A DNA stretch of 64,000 nt from an uncultured Acidobacteriaceae bacterium (GTDB lineage: Bacteria > Acidobacteriota > Terriglobia > Terriglobales > Acidobacteriaceae), in assembly GCA_963773955.1 (NCBI GenBank), contig CAVZDM010000026.1, positions 6,750 to 70,749 of the forward strand, written 5' to 3'. The translations under genes were made by a program, and so were the position numbers. Positions 63,380-64,000 of this stretch are shown here, piece by piece (within the stretch, counting starts at the first letter, position 1; every line of letters begins with the position of its first letter). The notes under the pieces are model-generated. The model was not told where the DNA came from. It made no database searches and saw only the letters and a list, made by a program, of their open reading frames with translations.

Positions 63380-64000
63380 ATGTCGATGAATGGTCAGTTC
63401 GTGCAGGTCGCTCCGGACCAGTTGGCCGGGCTGGTAGATGACCCTTCGGAAATCGCGGACCTTTTCATGAGCCTCCCACCAGCATCAAACGTCCCGGCCG
63501 CATCGATGGTGAAGTTTGCCGGCTTGATGGAATCGAAGCGCAAGGAGTTCATGGAGCGCGGTCCCCAGATGTTCGACGCGGCGCTCGCACGGATGGATCC
63601 CGGGCTTCGCGAGGCGGTGAACAAGCGCCTCGGGCAACTCGGCGTCGATCCCGCGAGCCTCAAAAGCGGTGCGGGTGGCGAGGCGCTGATGAAACTGATG
63701 ATGGCGCGGGTTGGCCAGGCATCGGGGGGTGCGGCAGCGACGAAAGGGCAGGGCGCTTCGCTCAGTATCGATAAGGCATGGCACGGGATTCATTACCTGC
63801 TCACTGGCGCGGCGGAACCGACGACGACGCTCATCAGCAAGGCAATCATGGGCGGCACCGAAATCGGCGACGACTTTTCCGGCTATGGACCTGCGCGATA
63901 TTTCGCCGTTGATGAGACCGCCGCGATGTCATCGGAACTGAATCGAGGCAACCTCGAGGCCGAGATGACCGCGCGTTACAATCCCGCGCAGATGGAGAAA
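63380..64000 (+). CDS. DUF1877 (YfbM-like) family protein, 3' end outside the window
   Basis: My own translation from ATG 63380 (AGGAG upstream) is MSMNGQFVQVAPDQL...SIDKAWHGIHYLLTG...GGTEIGDDFSGYGPARYF.... The frame is open to base 64000. It is absent from the track because there is no stop codon. Confidence 0.6.
   Translation, partial: MSMNGQFVQVAPDQLAGLVDDPSEIADLFMSLPPASNVPAASMVKFAGLMESKRKEFMERGPQMFDAALARMDPGLREAVNKRLGQLGVDPASLKSGAGGEALMKLMMARVGQASGGAAATKGQGASLSIDKAWHGIHYLLTGAAEPTTTLISKAIMGGTEIGDDFSGYGPARYFAVDETAAMSSELNRGNLEAEMTARYNPAQMEK

Overview
High-GC, densely coding bacterial chromosomal segment. It is most consistent with an Acidobacteriota (Terriglobia-like) genome. That placement is an inference from the tandem VWFA-type secreted proteins, the GTCATCCTGAGCGAAGCGAAGGACC palindromic repeat family and overall gene content. 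All family calls come from reading the supplied translations for motifs; no alignments or searches were run.

Most of the window is housekeeping:
- thiG, thiE, a phosphohexomutase, cutA, and a cystathionine lyase / cysteine synthase pair
- an amidase plus a GerMN-domain protein, rph, and two APC-family permeases
- pepP-accB-accC and a type IV pilus pilMNOPQ cluster
- trmI, secF, and an iscSUA-hscBA-iscX operon
- a DedA / GT-C-like membrane operon and a TPP-enzyme / acyl-CoA-synthetase operon

No rRNA, tRNA, CRISPR array, transposase or integrase was seen.

The one clear accessory region is a roughly 3.2 kb, visibly lower-GC islet at about 14.65-17.9 kb, between the amidase/GerMN pair and rph. 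It carries a ParE/RelE-type toxin-antitoxin pair. It also carries a head-to-head gene pair that I cannot assign to any named system: a PD-(D/E)xK (Mrr-like) restriction-endonuclease-domain protein with an unknown N-terminal domain and a coiled coil, facing a protein with a nucleoside-2-deoxyribosyltransferase/TIR-like Rossmannoid domain. This pair is my best candidate for an undescribed conflict or defence system.

Other notable points:
- a frameshifted DUF1015 gene
- several families of intergenic palindromic (REP-like) repeats, one of which brackets a tagatose-bisphosphate-aldolase-like gene
- a tandem duplication of Gly/Tyr/Asn-rich secreted proteins
- several candidate operator repeats
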